A stretch of 64,000 bases of DNA from Octopus bimaculoides (taxonomy: Eukaryota), in the NCBI RefSeq assembly GCF_001194135.2, contig NC_068981.1, positions 197,375,253 through 197,439,252 of the forward strand. Direction: 5' to 3'. Below the pieces are notes generated by a model, which saw only the letters and a list, made by a program, of their open reading frames with translations, had not been told where the DNA came from and made no database searches. The position numbers were made by a program, and so were the translations under genes. Shown piece after piece: positions 52,301 to 63,579 of the stretch; the first letter of the stretch is position 1; the number at the start of each line of letters is the position of its first letter.

Positions 52301-52441
52301 CATCTCCATCCTGAATGAGAATACACAAAAAAAAAAAAAAATGACTGTCCCAAAATACAACAAAATTTGTTTCAATACATGGTTTCACATCAGGAATCTT
52401 GCAACACAAATTCATAAATATATACATATATATATATATTG

Positions 52442-52617
52442 CAGACAAGAAAGTAAATTTCGAATGCAATAAAGCTGTAAGAACAGCAGGGAAAAATTAG
52501 GTATTTATCCTTATAAGACAGGAAAAAGTTGTCAGTCGGCAGTTATGGAGATTGAACTTGTACCCCTCTGCTACCTAATCTTTCTCTGCTGTTCTTACAG
52601 ATTTACTTTCTTGTCTG
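52442..52617. mobile_element. Tc1/mariner-type MITE
   Basis: CAGACAAGAAAGTAAAT...CTGTAAGAACAGCAG...TTAGGTA is mirrored at 52572-52617, followed by TA. Confidence 0.6.
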
Positions 52618-52660
52618 TAAAATAACAAGCACATTTGACACTTCCAAAGTTTGTTTATAC

Positions 52661-53008
52661 GGGTTCAGTCCCACTGCGTGGCACTTTGNNNNNNNNNNNN
52701 NNNNNNNNNNNNNNNNNNNNNNNNNNNNNNNNNNNNNNNNNNNNNNNNNNNNNNNNNNNNNNNNNNNNNNNNNNNNNNNNNNNNNNNNNNNNNNNNATAT
52801 ATATGTTTGTGTGTCTGTGTTTGTCCCCCCACCATCGCTTGACAACCGATGGTGGTGTGTTTACGTCCCCGTAACTTAGCAGTTCGGCAAAAAGAGACCG
52901 ATAGAGTAAGTACTAGGCTTCCAAAGAGTAGTCCTGGGGTCGATTTTCTCGACTAAAGGCGGTGCTCCAGCATGGCCGCAGTCAAATGATTGAAACAAGT
53001 AAAAGAGT
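52661..53008 (+). mobile_element. SINE family B spanning a gap
   Basis: Head fragment plus 3' module. Further partial B copies at about 5973-6122, 20268-20466, 39270-39480, 40545-40678, 42826-42960, 53378-53600 and 63932-64000. Confidence 0.8.
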
Positions 53009-53814
53009 GTATGTTTTCATGTTTGTTTTCGTTCAGTTTCTTTGTATGTTTCCAATGTCATTTTTTTGTTCCCAACTTTGACCCTCCATAGATCCTAAAT
53101 TTTATCTTAGAATTTATGGGAGCAACTGTCTTTGAAAACTCATATTGTCATTGAATGTTTGACAGCCAACAACTGATGAAGGATCCTTTCTCTGTATTCA
53201 CTTGTCCTGTTTTCCATTTTTTTCTTGTTTATGTACTTCACTTGTTTTTCCCTCCTTTGTTTACGTATTTCATGTTATTTGCACCATTGGTGACGTCCTC
53301 TGCCTTCTATATCTATATACCTATATCATGTTGTGTCTGTCTATCTGTTTCTCTCTCTATATATGTGTGTGTGTGTGCTTTACTTGTTTCACTCATTTGA
53401 CTGCAGCCATACTGGCGCACCACCTTGAAGGAGTTGTTTAGTTGCACAAATTGTCCCCAGGATAGTTTTTCAAACCTATGACTTATTCTATTGTTCTCTT
53501 TTTGCCAAGCCACTAAGTTATGAGGACTTAAAAGCACCAGTACAGGTTAAGAGGTTGTGGGAGTGGGTGGTGGAAAAAAAAAAACAGACACAAAAACACA
53601 CACACATAGATACATATGAGGTGGTAGCAAAACATTCCCAGCACTTGTTATGTTAAATAAAAAAAAATAACTTATTTACCTAAGTTTTAACATCATCTCC
53701 TTTGAAATAGTCACCTTACACAGCAATACCCCGGTCCCAGCATTCGTGTCACTTTTAGAATCCAGCCTGGAATTCATTTTCCATAAAGAAGTTGAGGACC
53801 TTCTGTGATTCATT

Positions 53815-54289
53815 TATAGTGATGTCGATCATGTGACATCCTATAATTTAATAAGCATGAGAGAAAGAGGGGGTCACCATCTTATACGTAATGTCAAGAA
53901 ATATGAATTTATGAGACGTTTGTAATAAGTCATAACATATTTATTACTGGAGGTAATGTGTTAACATGTAAGGTTAATTGAAGGAAAAGCTTGTAACATC
54001 ACATGAACATACTCTCTTTGCAACCACATGTCTCCAAGTAAAATGAGGTGAACATATGCTGGTGCGGGTGTGTATGTGAGTGGTCCGACTCAACGCATGT
54101 CGAAGAATCAACAGGCAATGAATGGCGCAAATTTAGAAATGTGTTCCTTTATATAAGGGGTGAACCAGAAGTCCCTGACTTCCACGTCAACTGGAAACTT
54201 CTAGAATGCTTGAGAATTTTCTAGAAGGTTGAGGTAGATTAATCTCATTAAATCCTTTTCGTTTTGCTTTCCTGCCAGGGTTCACTACA
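53815..54289 (-). mobile_element. Solo LTR (probably Gypsy-like) inserted in a mariner relic
   Basis: On the minus strand it starts TGTAGTGA and ends TCACTATA (8-bp terminal inverted repeat, TG...CA with one transition). Flanks CATT (53811-53814) and CGCT (54290-54293) fit a decayed 4-bp TSD. It interrupts mariner sequence that is contiguous in the copy near 36170-36200. Internal order is HSE, TATA, Inr-like, AATAAA. Confidence 0.7.
54193..54231. promoter_or_regulatory. Heat-shock element array (nGAAn inverted repeats in 5-bp register)
   Basis: GAA 54194, TTC 54199, GAA 54204, degenerate unit 54209, GAA 54214, TTC 54219, GAA 54224, TTG 54229. TATATAAA follows on the minus strand at 54155-54148. 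Confidence 0.7.
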
Positions 54290-54886
54290 CGCTCTTAATC
54301 TCAACAATGGTGTTAAAACGGCAACGTTTGAGATGCATTTTCATCTTGAGGAAGAGATGGAAGTCCACAGGTTCTAAATCTGGTGAATGGGGTGGGTGCA
54401 GAAGTGATATCATATTGATTTTGGTGAGAAACACACGAGTGAGAAGAGCTCAGTGACAGGGTGCCTTGTTGTCATGAAGAATCCAATTCTTTGAACTCCA
54501 CAGATTGCCAAATGTCTTCCCTCAAATGCTTCAAAATATCACAGAAGAACTCTTGATTGATGGAAATGGTACATGCTTTAAACTGGTTGCTGTTAGCAAG
54601 GACATCCAGTGGCAGACATTGGAACATAATACTGTTATCCAACTCATGAAATTCTGTCAAACCCTTTTGCCCATGGCAGCATGGACACCAGATGTCAAAT
54701 TATGAGAGGAGGAAAGGAGGAGGAGGAGGATATGCCATGAGGGAAAGACAATTTTAGTTTCTAATATTTTGATTATACATGCATCACAACTTTAGATTAC
54801 TTAAGGCCTGTGATCTAAAGAACACATAAAGAATCGTCTTGCCAAAATTAGCAAAACTGAAAGCATTGCATTATTTTTGCTAAATT

Positions 54887-55348
54887 AAGGCGGGGGAGGG
54901 GGAGCTGGCAGAAACGGTAGCACGCCGGCTGAAATGCTTAGTGGTATTTTATCAGTCACTATGTTCTGAGCTCAAATTCTGCAGAGGTCGACTTTGCCTT
55001 TCATCCTTTCGGGGTCGATAAATTAAGTACCAGTTATGTACTGGGGTCGATCTAATCAACTGGTCCCCTCCCCCAAAATTTTGAGCCTTGTGCCTAGAAT
55101 AGAGAAAAAAAAAAGAAAAAAAAGATTATTTTTGCTAAATTAATAGAGCAGGGTCATTGGAATGCCAGATATAAAAAAGTCTTGTGGTATTCCTTTCATC
55201 TCTTTACATTCAGAGTTCAAATCCTGCTGAGGTCAACTTTGCCTTTCATCCTTTTGGGGTCTCTAAAATGAAGTACCAGCTAAACACTGGGGTCAATTAA
55301 TTGACAAACTCGTAGCTCTTAAAATTACTGGTCATGTGCCAAAATTAG
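54887..55348 (+). mobile_element. Two tandem SINE family A copies (54887-55105 and degraded 55142-55348)
   Basis: Two consecutive matches to family A. Confidence 0.78.
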
Positions 55349-55485
55349 AGACAGATATTTTTGGTTAATTCATATAACTCATTTTATCTCAGACAATTTC
55401 TTTGGAATAATGGTGATGGATTGGCATAATTGTGAGAACATCTGTTAAAATGCCTTGCACTATTTAACTCTACAAGGGCTAACAC

Positions 55486-55533
<48 letters not shown>

Positions 55534-56354
55534 ATGTATGTATGTATGTATACATGTATGTATCTATGTATGCATGTACATATGTACGTATGTGTGTGTG
55601 TATGTATGTATGTATGTATCTATATGTGTGTATATATGCATGTGTGTATGTTTACATGTATGTATGCATGTATGTATGTATGCATGTACATATGTATGTA
55701 TGCATGTACATATGTATGTATGTATAGGCATGTATGTATGTATGCATGTGTATGTGTAACCCCCATCTCATCAGGGAGACTGAGTTCTAGAGGTGTTTTG
55801 TATTGTGCTTCCTACCCACATTACAGTGACTTACCCTGACCCCATCACCTGCCTCTTCTTCCCGTCCCCTTGCTCCAACCATGTCATCCCCTCCTCTGAC
55901 AATTCTATCTAGATACGAGTGGCTATGCAGATCCTCTACAAGAACCAGTATTGTCCCTGCTTCTTGTCGTTCAATCCCGTTACCCTCTAGTATGAAGCTG
56001 ATCATCCTTCCCCGGGTCTGCATGTGTAGGTGCCATGTAAAAAAATGCACCCTGTACATATCTTAAAGTGTTTGGTGTTAGGAAGGGCAACAAGCTGTGA
56101 GAACCAAAACAGACATTGGAGCATGATGCAGTCCTTGCGCACACTGAATCCTGTCAGACCGTCCAATCTATGCCAGCATGGAACATGGATGTTGAATGAT
56201 GATGGTGGTGGTGGTGTGTGTGTGTGTGTGTGTATATATGTGTGTCCATGTCCATGGTCAATAAAATGAAGAACCCATGACATCCTGGTAACAATTTGCC
56301 TCTACAGATTTGTTGTCTTTTAGAAGGATGAATCAAGTCCAAAGAATGGTTATG

Positions 56355-56750
56355 TTGTAAGAGATGGACCTTTTTGTAGTGAAGGAGATGTGATCGCCTG
56401 GACTTCTCTGCTCCCTCCCAAGTTCTAGATGGGAGGGTCACTGCTTCCGTAGTTGAACGGAACAAAATCCTTAAGTATCGGGAAACATTTTCATCCAGAC
56501 TGTGGCGTCTGAGACTTTTGGAGGGGCTGAGCCGCTAACGTCGAAGTTTTTGTCATCGTTGGTGTCTCGCCTTACCGCGGTGTCAGGTGATGGCCGTGAG
56601 GGCGTTTGGCTTTCCCAACGCCTTAGCCTCGCCATCACTCGTGGAAATGCCGCGAGCGTGCTGGTTTGCTTTATTAGGTTCCGTTCACGATTGTGGTGTG
56701 CGACCAGTTGAAGCAATTGGTGTCGAATTGCTATTTTTCTTTCTCTTTCT
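56355..56750 (+). mobile_element. CRE-clade non-LTR retrotransposon 3' fragment (RLE C-terminus plus partial 3' UTR)
   Basis: ERNKILKY ... VASETFGG...LTAVSGDGREGVWLSQRLSLAITRGNAASVL, the characteristic CRE C-terminal motif. Confidence 0.75.
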
Positions 56751-56953
56751 CGGTACTACTAAAGCAGCGCGGACCCGAACGCGCAGTCGCGCGTCCGCGC
56801 TAGCTAGTCGTGAGTGGTCGATCCTAACCCTAACCCTAAACACGTATTCATTTGCACACGCGAGTTAGGGTTAGGGTTAGGGTTAGGGACAGGGTTAGGG
56901 TTAGGGATAGGGTTAGGGTTAGGATCGACCACTCAAGACTAGCTAGCGCGGAC
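56751..56953. mobile_element. Foldback element with (CCCTAA)n/(TTAGGG)n inside its arms, truncated by a gap
   Basis: gtccgcgctagctagtcgtgagtggtcgatcctaaccctaaccc ... gggttagggttaggatcgaccactcaagactagctagcgcggac around a 27-bp core. Confidence 0.7.
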
Positions 56954-57278
56954 NNNNNNNNNNNNNNNNNNNNNNNNNNNNNNNNNNNNNNNNNNNNNNN
57001 NNNNNNNNNNNNNNNNNNNNNNNNNNNNNNNNNNNNNNNNNNNNNNNNNNNNNNNNNNNNNNNNNNNNNNNNNNNNNNNNNNNNNNNNNNNNNNNNNNNN
57101 NNNNNNNNNNNNNNNNNNNNNNNNNNNNNNNNNNNNNNNNNNNNNNNNNNNNNNNNNNNNNNNNNNNNNNNNNNNNNNNNNNNNNNNNNNNNNNNNNNNN
57201 NNNNNNNNNNNNNNNNNNNNNNNNNNNNNNNNNNNNNNNNNNNNNNNNNNNNNNNNNNNNNNNNNNNNNNNNNNNNNN

Positions 57279-57311
<33 letters not shown>

Positions 57312-57904
57312 GTCAGTTATTCACAAGTCCGAAGAAAAGCACATTGTGTATGTATGTAATTGTGTATCACTCGCTTTCTCTCTTTCTCCTTATCTCTCTC
57401 TCTCTGACATCACGCGATACTTTCATTTCTTTTTGCCGACGCTATTCTACAAGTAAACCGTAAGCTGTAATTGTTTTAACCCCCACCTCACCCAGGACAC
57501 TCCCGTTCAATCAGATCTATTGTTAAAAACACCAAACTGTGAATAAGACCCGCAACCCAGTGATAGCCATTTTAATTTCGTCGTTAACTGTAAAACCGTG
57601 CGCCTCGACAAGAAATCGATTATCAGATCGAAAGTGGAAAGATGCAATCTATCAGATAACCAAAAGATGTAAAGTCAGAACTGAGATTTTTAAAACGAAT
57701 TTATTCAGAACACATGAAAATTTCTGTTCACCGTAACTAGATAATCGGGGTATCTTTCGGTAATCAGGGTATCATTTCAAACGGAATGGTATCGTTATTA
57801 TTTCGTCGTTGCAAATACAAATATCACAACAAATTCCATTTTTAAAGGGAAAACATAACAGCAACTGTAATAAGTAGTTAAAAAGCGAGGCGCAAAATCG
57901 TAAG

Positions 57905-57976
57905 GGTTCTATGGTGTAATGGTTAGCACTCTGGACTCTGAATCCAGCGATCCGAGTTCGAGTCTCGGTAGAACCT
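57905..57976 (+). tRNA. tRNA-Gln-CTG: tRNA-Gln (anticodon CTG), intact
   Basis: 72 nt GGTTCTATGGTGTAATGGTTAGCACTCTGGACTCTGAATCCAGCGATCCGAGTTCGAGTCTCGGTAGAACCT. Acceptor stem GGTTCTA/TAGAACC, anticodon stem CTGGA/TCCAG around CTG, T-arm CCGAG-TTCGAGT-CTCGG, intact A and B boxes. Confidence 0.96.
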
Positions 57977-57982
57977 GATACA

Positions 57983-57990
57983 TTTTTTTT
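57983..57990 (+). terminator. Pol III terminator (T8) of the tRNA-Gln gene
   Basis: Run of 8 T starting 7 nt after the tRNA 3' end. Confidence 0.85.
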
Positions 57991-58536
57991 TCAATATATC
58001 TTTATACGATAGAAATTATATAGTGTGATAAATATATTTATACTAAATATTAGTAAAATTGAAGTTAACTTCGATATATATATATATAATTTTATAGACG
58101 ACAGAATAAATAAATATAAACTGAATAGGTAAGAAGCTTGAATTTGTTTTGAGAAATATTATGAGAATCGTACCTGTCTCAAAGACATTGATAAACTCAG
58201 TTGACCAACATCATGAGTTTTGGAGGATTTCCTTGCGGGTGTGCAAAGGTCACAAGTATACCCCATCCCGCCCATGACCACCCACCACAACGCAAAATCC
58301 AATAAATATTTTAATAATTGAATGGCTTTAAATCAATATAAACCTCTGAAAGGATACATATAGAGGCTGAGCTTGAGAGAGAGCTTGACCACAAGGTCCA
58401 TTCGGAGGTCATCTTCCGATTTTAGCTCCAGATTTCCTTCGAGTCAACAAGATTCGACGATTCCTTATTTTTAATTAACACGGCGAAACGAATCACAAAT
58501 CACATGTAAAACCGAAAACGGAAGTGGCGAAAAGCG

Positions 58537-58616
<80 letters not shown>

Positions 58617-59089
58617 AACTAGCAAACTTTTACATATCTTTTACGATAGTATTCACACACGCAAACGTCATATATGACGTTTCGCTGCTTCCATTTCTAT
58701 TTTACATTTTACTTTTGCTATTGTCAAGCGTAAAACTATTTCGATGTTGTTCCATAATTTTCCACTTTCCAAAGATTGACGACGAACAAGGAGGAAAAAT
58801 ATGGAACACAGGAAGGACAAATCTTCGTAAAATATGGAACGCAGGATGTACCAAATCTTAGAATTGTGTTTCTTCTCTCACAGTTAAATAAACTAGTGTT
58901 ACCCTTTATATATATATATATATATATATATCATCTTATTCTACTGCTACTGCCATTTCCACTGCTACTGCCATTTCCACTGCTACTTCTCCAATTAGTG
59001 AAGAATCACGCCCCCCCCGCCACTGTTCACCTCAATCTATATGTATCCCTGACAGTTCCATGATAAATCTGCCAACTGTAAATAAAATA

Positions 59090-61243
59090 AAATTATGAAC
59101 ACACGAAGCTCAAAAATATGTCGTTATTCTCAATGGAGAAACAAAGAGAAACAGTGCTCTTCATCCAAGAAGACCCGGCAATAAATGTCCTCCTCTCCCT
59201 CTCCAACACTAATAATGCGATACACTAATAATGCATGTGATTGACCTCAATTTGATCATAGGCATTACCTGTTGTCTTCTTGATGCAGTTAAACATGGAG
59301 ATCACTTCAAAGATGCCTTGTCACTCATCGGTCAAACCACAAGTAAGGCCAGCCCACTGACCAATGTACTTTTAGCAGAGGATTTTAATTTTCTTCATCT
59401 TAGCTGGCCTGAGGGTTATATCCAACCTAGAATTAAACAACTGGACATGAGCTATTATAAATGTTCTTCTCAATACTATTAAAAGACTTTCTCATGCAAC
59501 AAATCTTTACCCATCCAACACGTCTTTACCCGTCCAACACACAAATAACGTCAAACATGACTCTTCATCAATTTGAATTTCAGGAAGGCCAAGTGGATAG
59601 AAATCAAAACTGAAATCTTCAAGACAAACAGGTCTGAGCAATTTGGCAATCTCAATGTTAACGAGGGAATGAAGTCTCTGTATGAAGAGTTAACCAGGAT
59701 CTGTTGAAAGCATGCCCCACGTAAACTCACCTATTCTTGAAAGCACTTGATTCTGTGAGATAGACGGATACAGAACCAAACCAACAAAACAACTAAAAAA
59801 CAAACAAAAAAAATTCTCAACAGATGAGAATGAGAAAGGAAAAAGTGAACATTGAACTGGACCTAAAACCATTTCATGAGAAAGAAACTTCACTGAGGGA
59901 ACAATGAGCAGTGTAAAATATAAAATCTATTTCTAAGTTCTTTTTCCACTTTGCTAAACAAAAATCAGCTTCGCATAACCAGATTGGCTCTCTAATGATT
60001 CACCACAAATATGCACATTCTTGAGTCAACATTATGACTGCGCATTTTCCCAACCTACACTTAACAAAACAATATATGAGCTAAATGAATTCTTTGCAGA
60101 GACACATCTAAAAATTAATGATACACTGGAAGATGGTATACTTGCAGCTAATGACCTAGATTCAAACTCAGCATCTGGACCAGATGGTCTCCCAGTCATA
60201 CAGCTAAAAACCTGCCAAAACAGCCTTGTGGAACCATTAAAGATACTATTTCAAAAGTTGCTAGATACCGGTGGATTCCTAGAACTACTGAAAGACACAG
60301 TAGTAACATTTATACACAAAGGAGAGGAGCAGGGCTGAAGCTAAAAATTACAGGCCTGTTACTTTCACATCTCCCATACCTAAAACTATTAACCTCGTAG
60401 ATGACATATAGCATGGTTTTTGGACTGGATGAAGTTGTCTTTCACAACTTTTACAACACCATAACACTATTCTTAAAAATCTCTTGAGAGAAAAGGACAC
60501 CAACTGTATATCCTTTGATTCTGTTAAGAATTTCATGGAATCCTCTGTCATAAGTTAAGGGATCTTGGTATCACAGGAAAACTGAGAGAATGGCTCTTTG
60601 ACTTTCTACATGGTAGGAACCAATTTGTTGCTGGAAATGGTTTTCTCTCTGCAAAGTCACTTGTAATAAGTGGTATGCATCAGGGAACAGTTCTAAGATT
60701 ATAATCATTTATCTTCAGCTTCTCAGGTATAGCGTAACAAGTGAACTCATCCAAACTAATGAGTTACACCTATGATGCTAACATATCAATGACTATCCAA
60801 AAGATACTGTCATGCCCCAAGTAGAGCTGAAACTCATTTATCAATGGGCAGATTAAAACAATGTGAAATTTAATGCATCAAAGTTTCAGGTTCATCGTTA
60901 AGGAGGGAATGCACACAAATCACTGCATTTGACACCAGAATGATTCAGAGAGCTAATGACAAATGGGACTTAGGAGTAATCATGTCAGATGAGGCATCTT
61001 TCATTAGTCACATCACCAAACGGATCTCTGAATACAAACGTCTCATTGGAATGATATTACAAACCTTCATGACAAGAAAACTAGTTGTTAGGTTAACTCT
61101 ATGGAAAGCCTGAGTTCTGAGCAGGTTAGATTACTGTTCACAGCTCTGGTCTCCCAACTCATCTGGCCTCATAACTCACCTGGTCTCAAATTGAAAGGTT
61201 ACAAATCATGTTCACCAGTTGCCTCTCTATTCTCTTGAATGTT

Positions 61244-61284
<41 letters not shown>

Positions 61285-61435
61285 CTATTACATGTGTATG
61301 GAAAATCCTGTTCCAAACATTGACATTAGAGAGAATTCGAAATCACAAGCAAAATCACTTTATTGTACTAGTACAATATTTAGAGGTGCTCAATTGTTCA
61401 ACTGCCTGCCTAAAGTAATCGGAAATATAAACTGA
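59090..61435 (+). mobile_element. Degraded CR1/L2-type LINE (APE plus RT remnants)
   Basis: EDFNFLHLSWP (APE), SASGPDGLP...KNYRPVTFTS, LRDLGITGKLREWL, SGMHQGTVL, LSRLDYCSQLWSP and RGAQLFNCLPK, in shifting frames. Confidence 0.85.
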
Positions 61436-61523
61436 ACCTTTACTGAAACACTAAACAAACATAATTATTTAGATATATCTCTAATTAGTATATCAGTTTC
61501 ATCTTTCGATGAACTAATAACAA

Positions 61524-62497
61524 AATTGTTTTTCTCATGGGCAAACTGTATGTAGCATGTACAAGAGTTGGAAGTCCACGCAATCTTTTTAAATATGTTC
61601 CTTCTGGAAAAACACGTAACATTGTTTATAAGGAAGTTCTAGATTTGGAATAAATACTAAATAAGATGAACAAATAACACAATTAAGAGGTGAAAGGACA
61701 CGGACCGAAAATAGGGATCTTAAAAATGAAATGCAAAAATGTATTTAGCATGGCAATACAGTGTCATATGGCAGTTGGCTCCCGAGTGACACTAGGTAAC
61801 CCTGATGTGTGTGTGTGTGCCTGCGCACGCACGTACTTCTCCACTTTCTGTTTTAAATACCAGGCATTACAATTTTGCAAATAAAAGGTTTTTCAAAATT
61901 GCAATTGCTTATCACTTTTTTGTCCTGCTTAATTTTAAAGTTATGTACACTAACTATTTCAATGTTCTGGATTTTTTTTTTTTTTTAGAATTATATGTTT
62001 CAAACATAGGAGATCGTGATTCCACACAACAATTAGGGCTAACGTTGGGGGTTGGATTTAAGATTTAATACTAGGGTTAGTATTGTAGTTTAGATTTTAG
62101 GGATGAAATTAGGATTAGAATCTTGAGTTAAGTTTTAAGGTAAGAAGAGCTGAGGGTTAGCATTTAGCATTAGGGTTTCGTGTTAGCATTTAGGATTACA
62201 ATTTTGAGTTAGGGTAAGGGTTAATTTAAACAGAAATAGAAAAGGGATTCAAAAGATTTGAATTTGTGTACAAATTTTTACAGAATTGAACTTGCATATG
62301 TTTGGAATATGGATATCAAACTGTATTCTTAAAAGAAAAAAAAGAAAAAGCTCTACAAAATGTTCTTAGTCCGAAATTTCAGTAAGTGTTTTCGTTTTTT
62401 TGAAAATATTTACTATAAGTTAGATAAAGAGCTTTGCGATGTTACAGTTAATTCTTTGAGTCATTAAATCGAGCAGCGCCGGGTGTTTCAGCTGGGA
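61524..62497 (+). mobile_element. Helitron 3' fragment (helicase C-terminus, 3' region with degenerate TTAGGG repeats, Helitron-like end)
   Basis: CFSHGQ / LYVACTRVGSPRNLFKYVPSGKTRNIVYKEVLDLE* (1-bp frameshift, 61524-61655). End-like motif gagcagcgccgggtgtttcagctgg at about 62472-62496. The 3' extent is inferred. Confidence 0.7.
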
Positions 62498-63472
62498 TAT
62501 ATAAATAAGGGAAATAATAAGGTACAGTCCCCTACGTCAAGGTTCGCAGTCAACTGCTCTAATCAGCTGTCGAGTTATCTACCCCTGATTCTGTTGACTG
62601 TAAACATGGCATTGAAGTTGCCCCACAACCTGAGAAGTGGCAAATTAATTTTAGATGTTTCTAATTTCAATCATCTGAAAAGCAACCACGACGCAATCGT
62701 CCTTTCACATTTCTTCAACTTTTCTGTAAGTAGACGTGAATATTTCCTTTCATTCTAACAGAATTCCATCAGATTCACCACGTGGGTTCTTTACAAACTG
62801 ATGTTTATCCATTGAGAGGAAACGGATTAATAATAATAATAATGAACTTGTTGCAGACAGTGTTCAGGTGCACCCTAAGTGTTCAGGTGCACTACAAAGT
62901 GCTCAGGTAGATTAATCTTCATCGAAAAGACTATTCATCATAGAAATTTCACTAATGGCCATCCTGTCTTGTGGTCGTTGTTGGTAGATATTTAGAATTA
63001 CATTATCTAAAGTTTATCGTCTTCATTATTTGTTTTAGAGAGATTTCGTTGCTATTTCTATCGGTTCGAGCGATCCCGTAGAATCTCTTTTTGCTTAATG
63101 TAAACTAGAAAATCTCCGGTAAAAATTATCCGACACTTCTTTGCTGTGGACAAACGATTTTATTTAAACACCCTTCATGCACGAATCGGTGTTTCAATAA
63201 GAATTTACATTTAAAGGGACCAGGATTTGTGTTGAGTGGAGTTGGGGAAAGGATTTACAAAACAGCGAAAAAATAAAGGCAATCTTTCCTTCGAAAAAAG
63301 AAAATTCATTCACAGAAGAAAACCCACCTTGTTTCTTATCCTTTCCATTCTCCACGGATAGACAATTCCGAAAGTCCACCGATCGTTAAAACAAAATTCA
63401 AACAAATAATATTTGACATTTATTTTATTATTTACATATAAATACAAAAAAACAATAATCTTATCAAAATAC

Positions 63473-63570
63473 GGCGAAGGTAAAGAATACGTACACCCGG
63501 TGGTTAGGGTTTAGGGTTAGGGGTTTTGTTACGCCGAAAACCAGGGGTGTACGTACTCTTTACCTCCGTC
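63473..63570. mobile_element. 98-bp MITE with about 28-bp TIRs, internal TTAGGG-like repeats and a 9-bp TSD
   Basis: TSD tcaaaatac at 63464-63472 and 63571-63579. Arms ggcgaaggtaaagaatacgtacaccc / gggtgtacgtactctttacctccgtc. Confidence 0.75.
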
Positions 63571-63579
63571 TCAAAATAC

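Larger units (their letters stand above)
53617..54562 (-). mobile_element. Second mariner relic of the same family (3' part), interrupted by the solo LTR
   Basis: Collinear with 35958-36480. ORF 54472-54660 ends INQEFFCDILKHLREDIWQ. Confidence 0.82.

Noticed and set aside
55847-56023. Possible minus-strand exon (59 open codons, donor AGG|GTAAGT)
   Set aside because: The acceptor is mediocre, the peptide is unrecognisable, and it lies between repeats; too weak to call.
56862-56925. True chromosome end or telomere fusion at the TTAGGG/CCCTAA tracts
   Set aside because: The tracts are short, sit inside mirrored non-telomeric arms, and recur at 43.3 kb, so they are part of a dispersed element.
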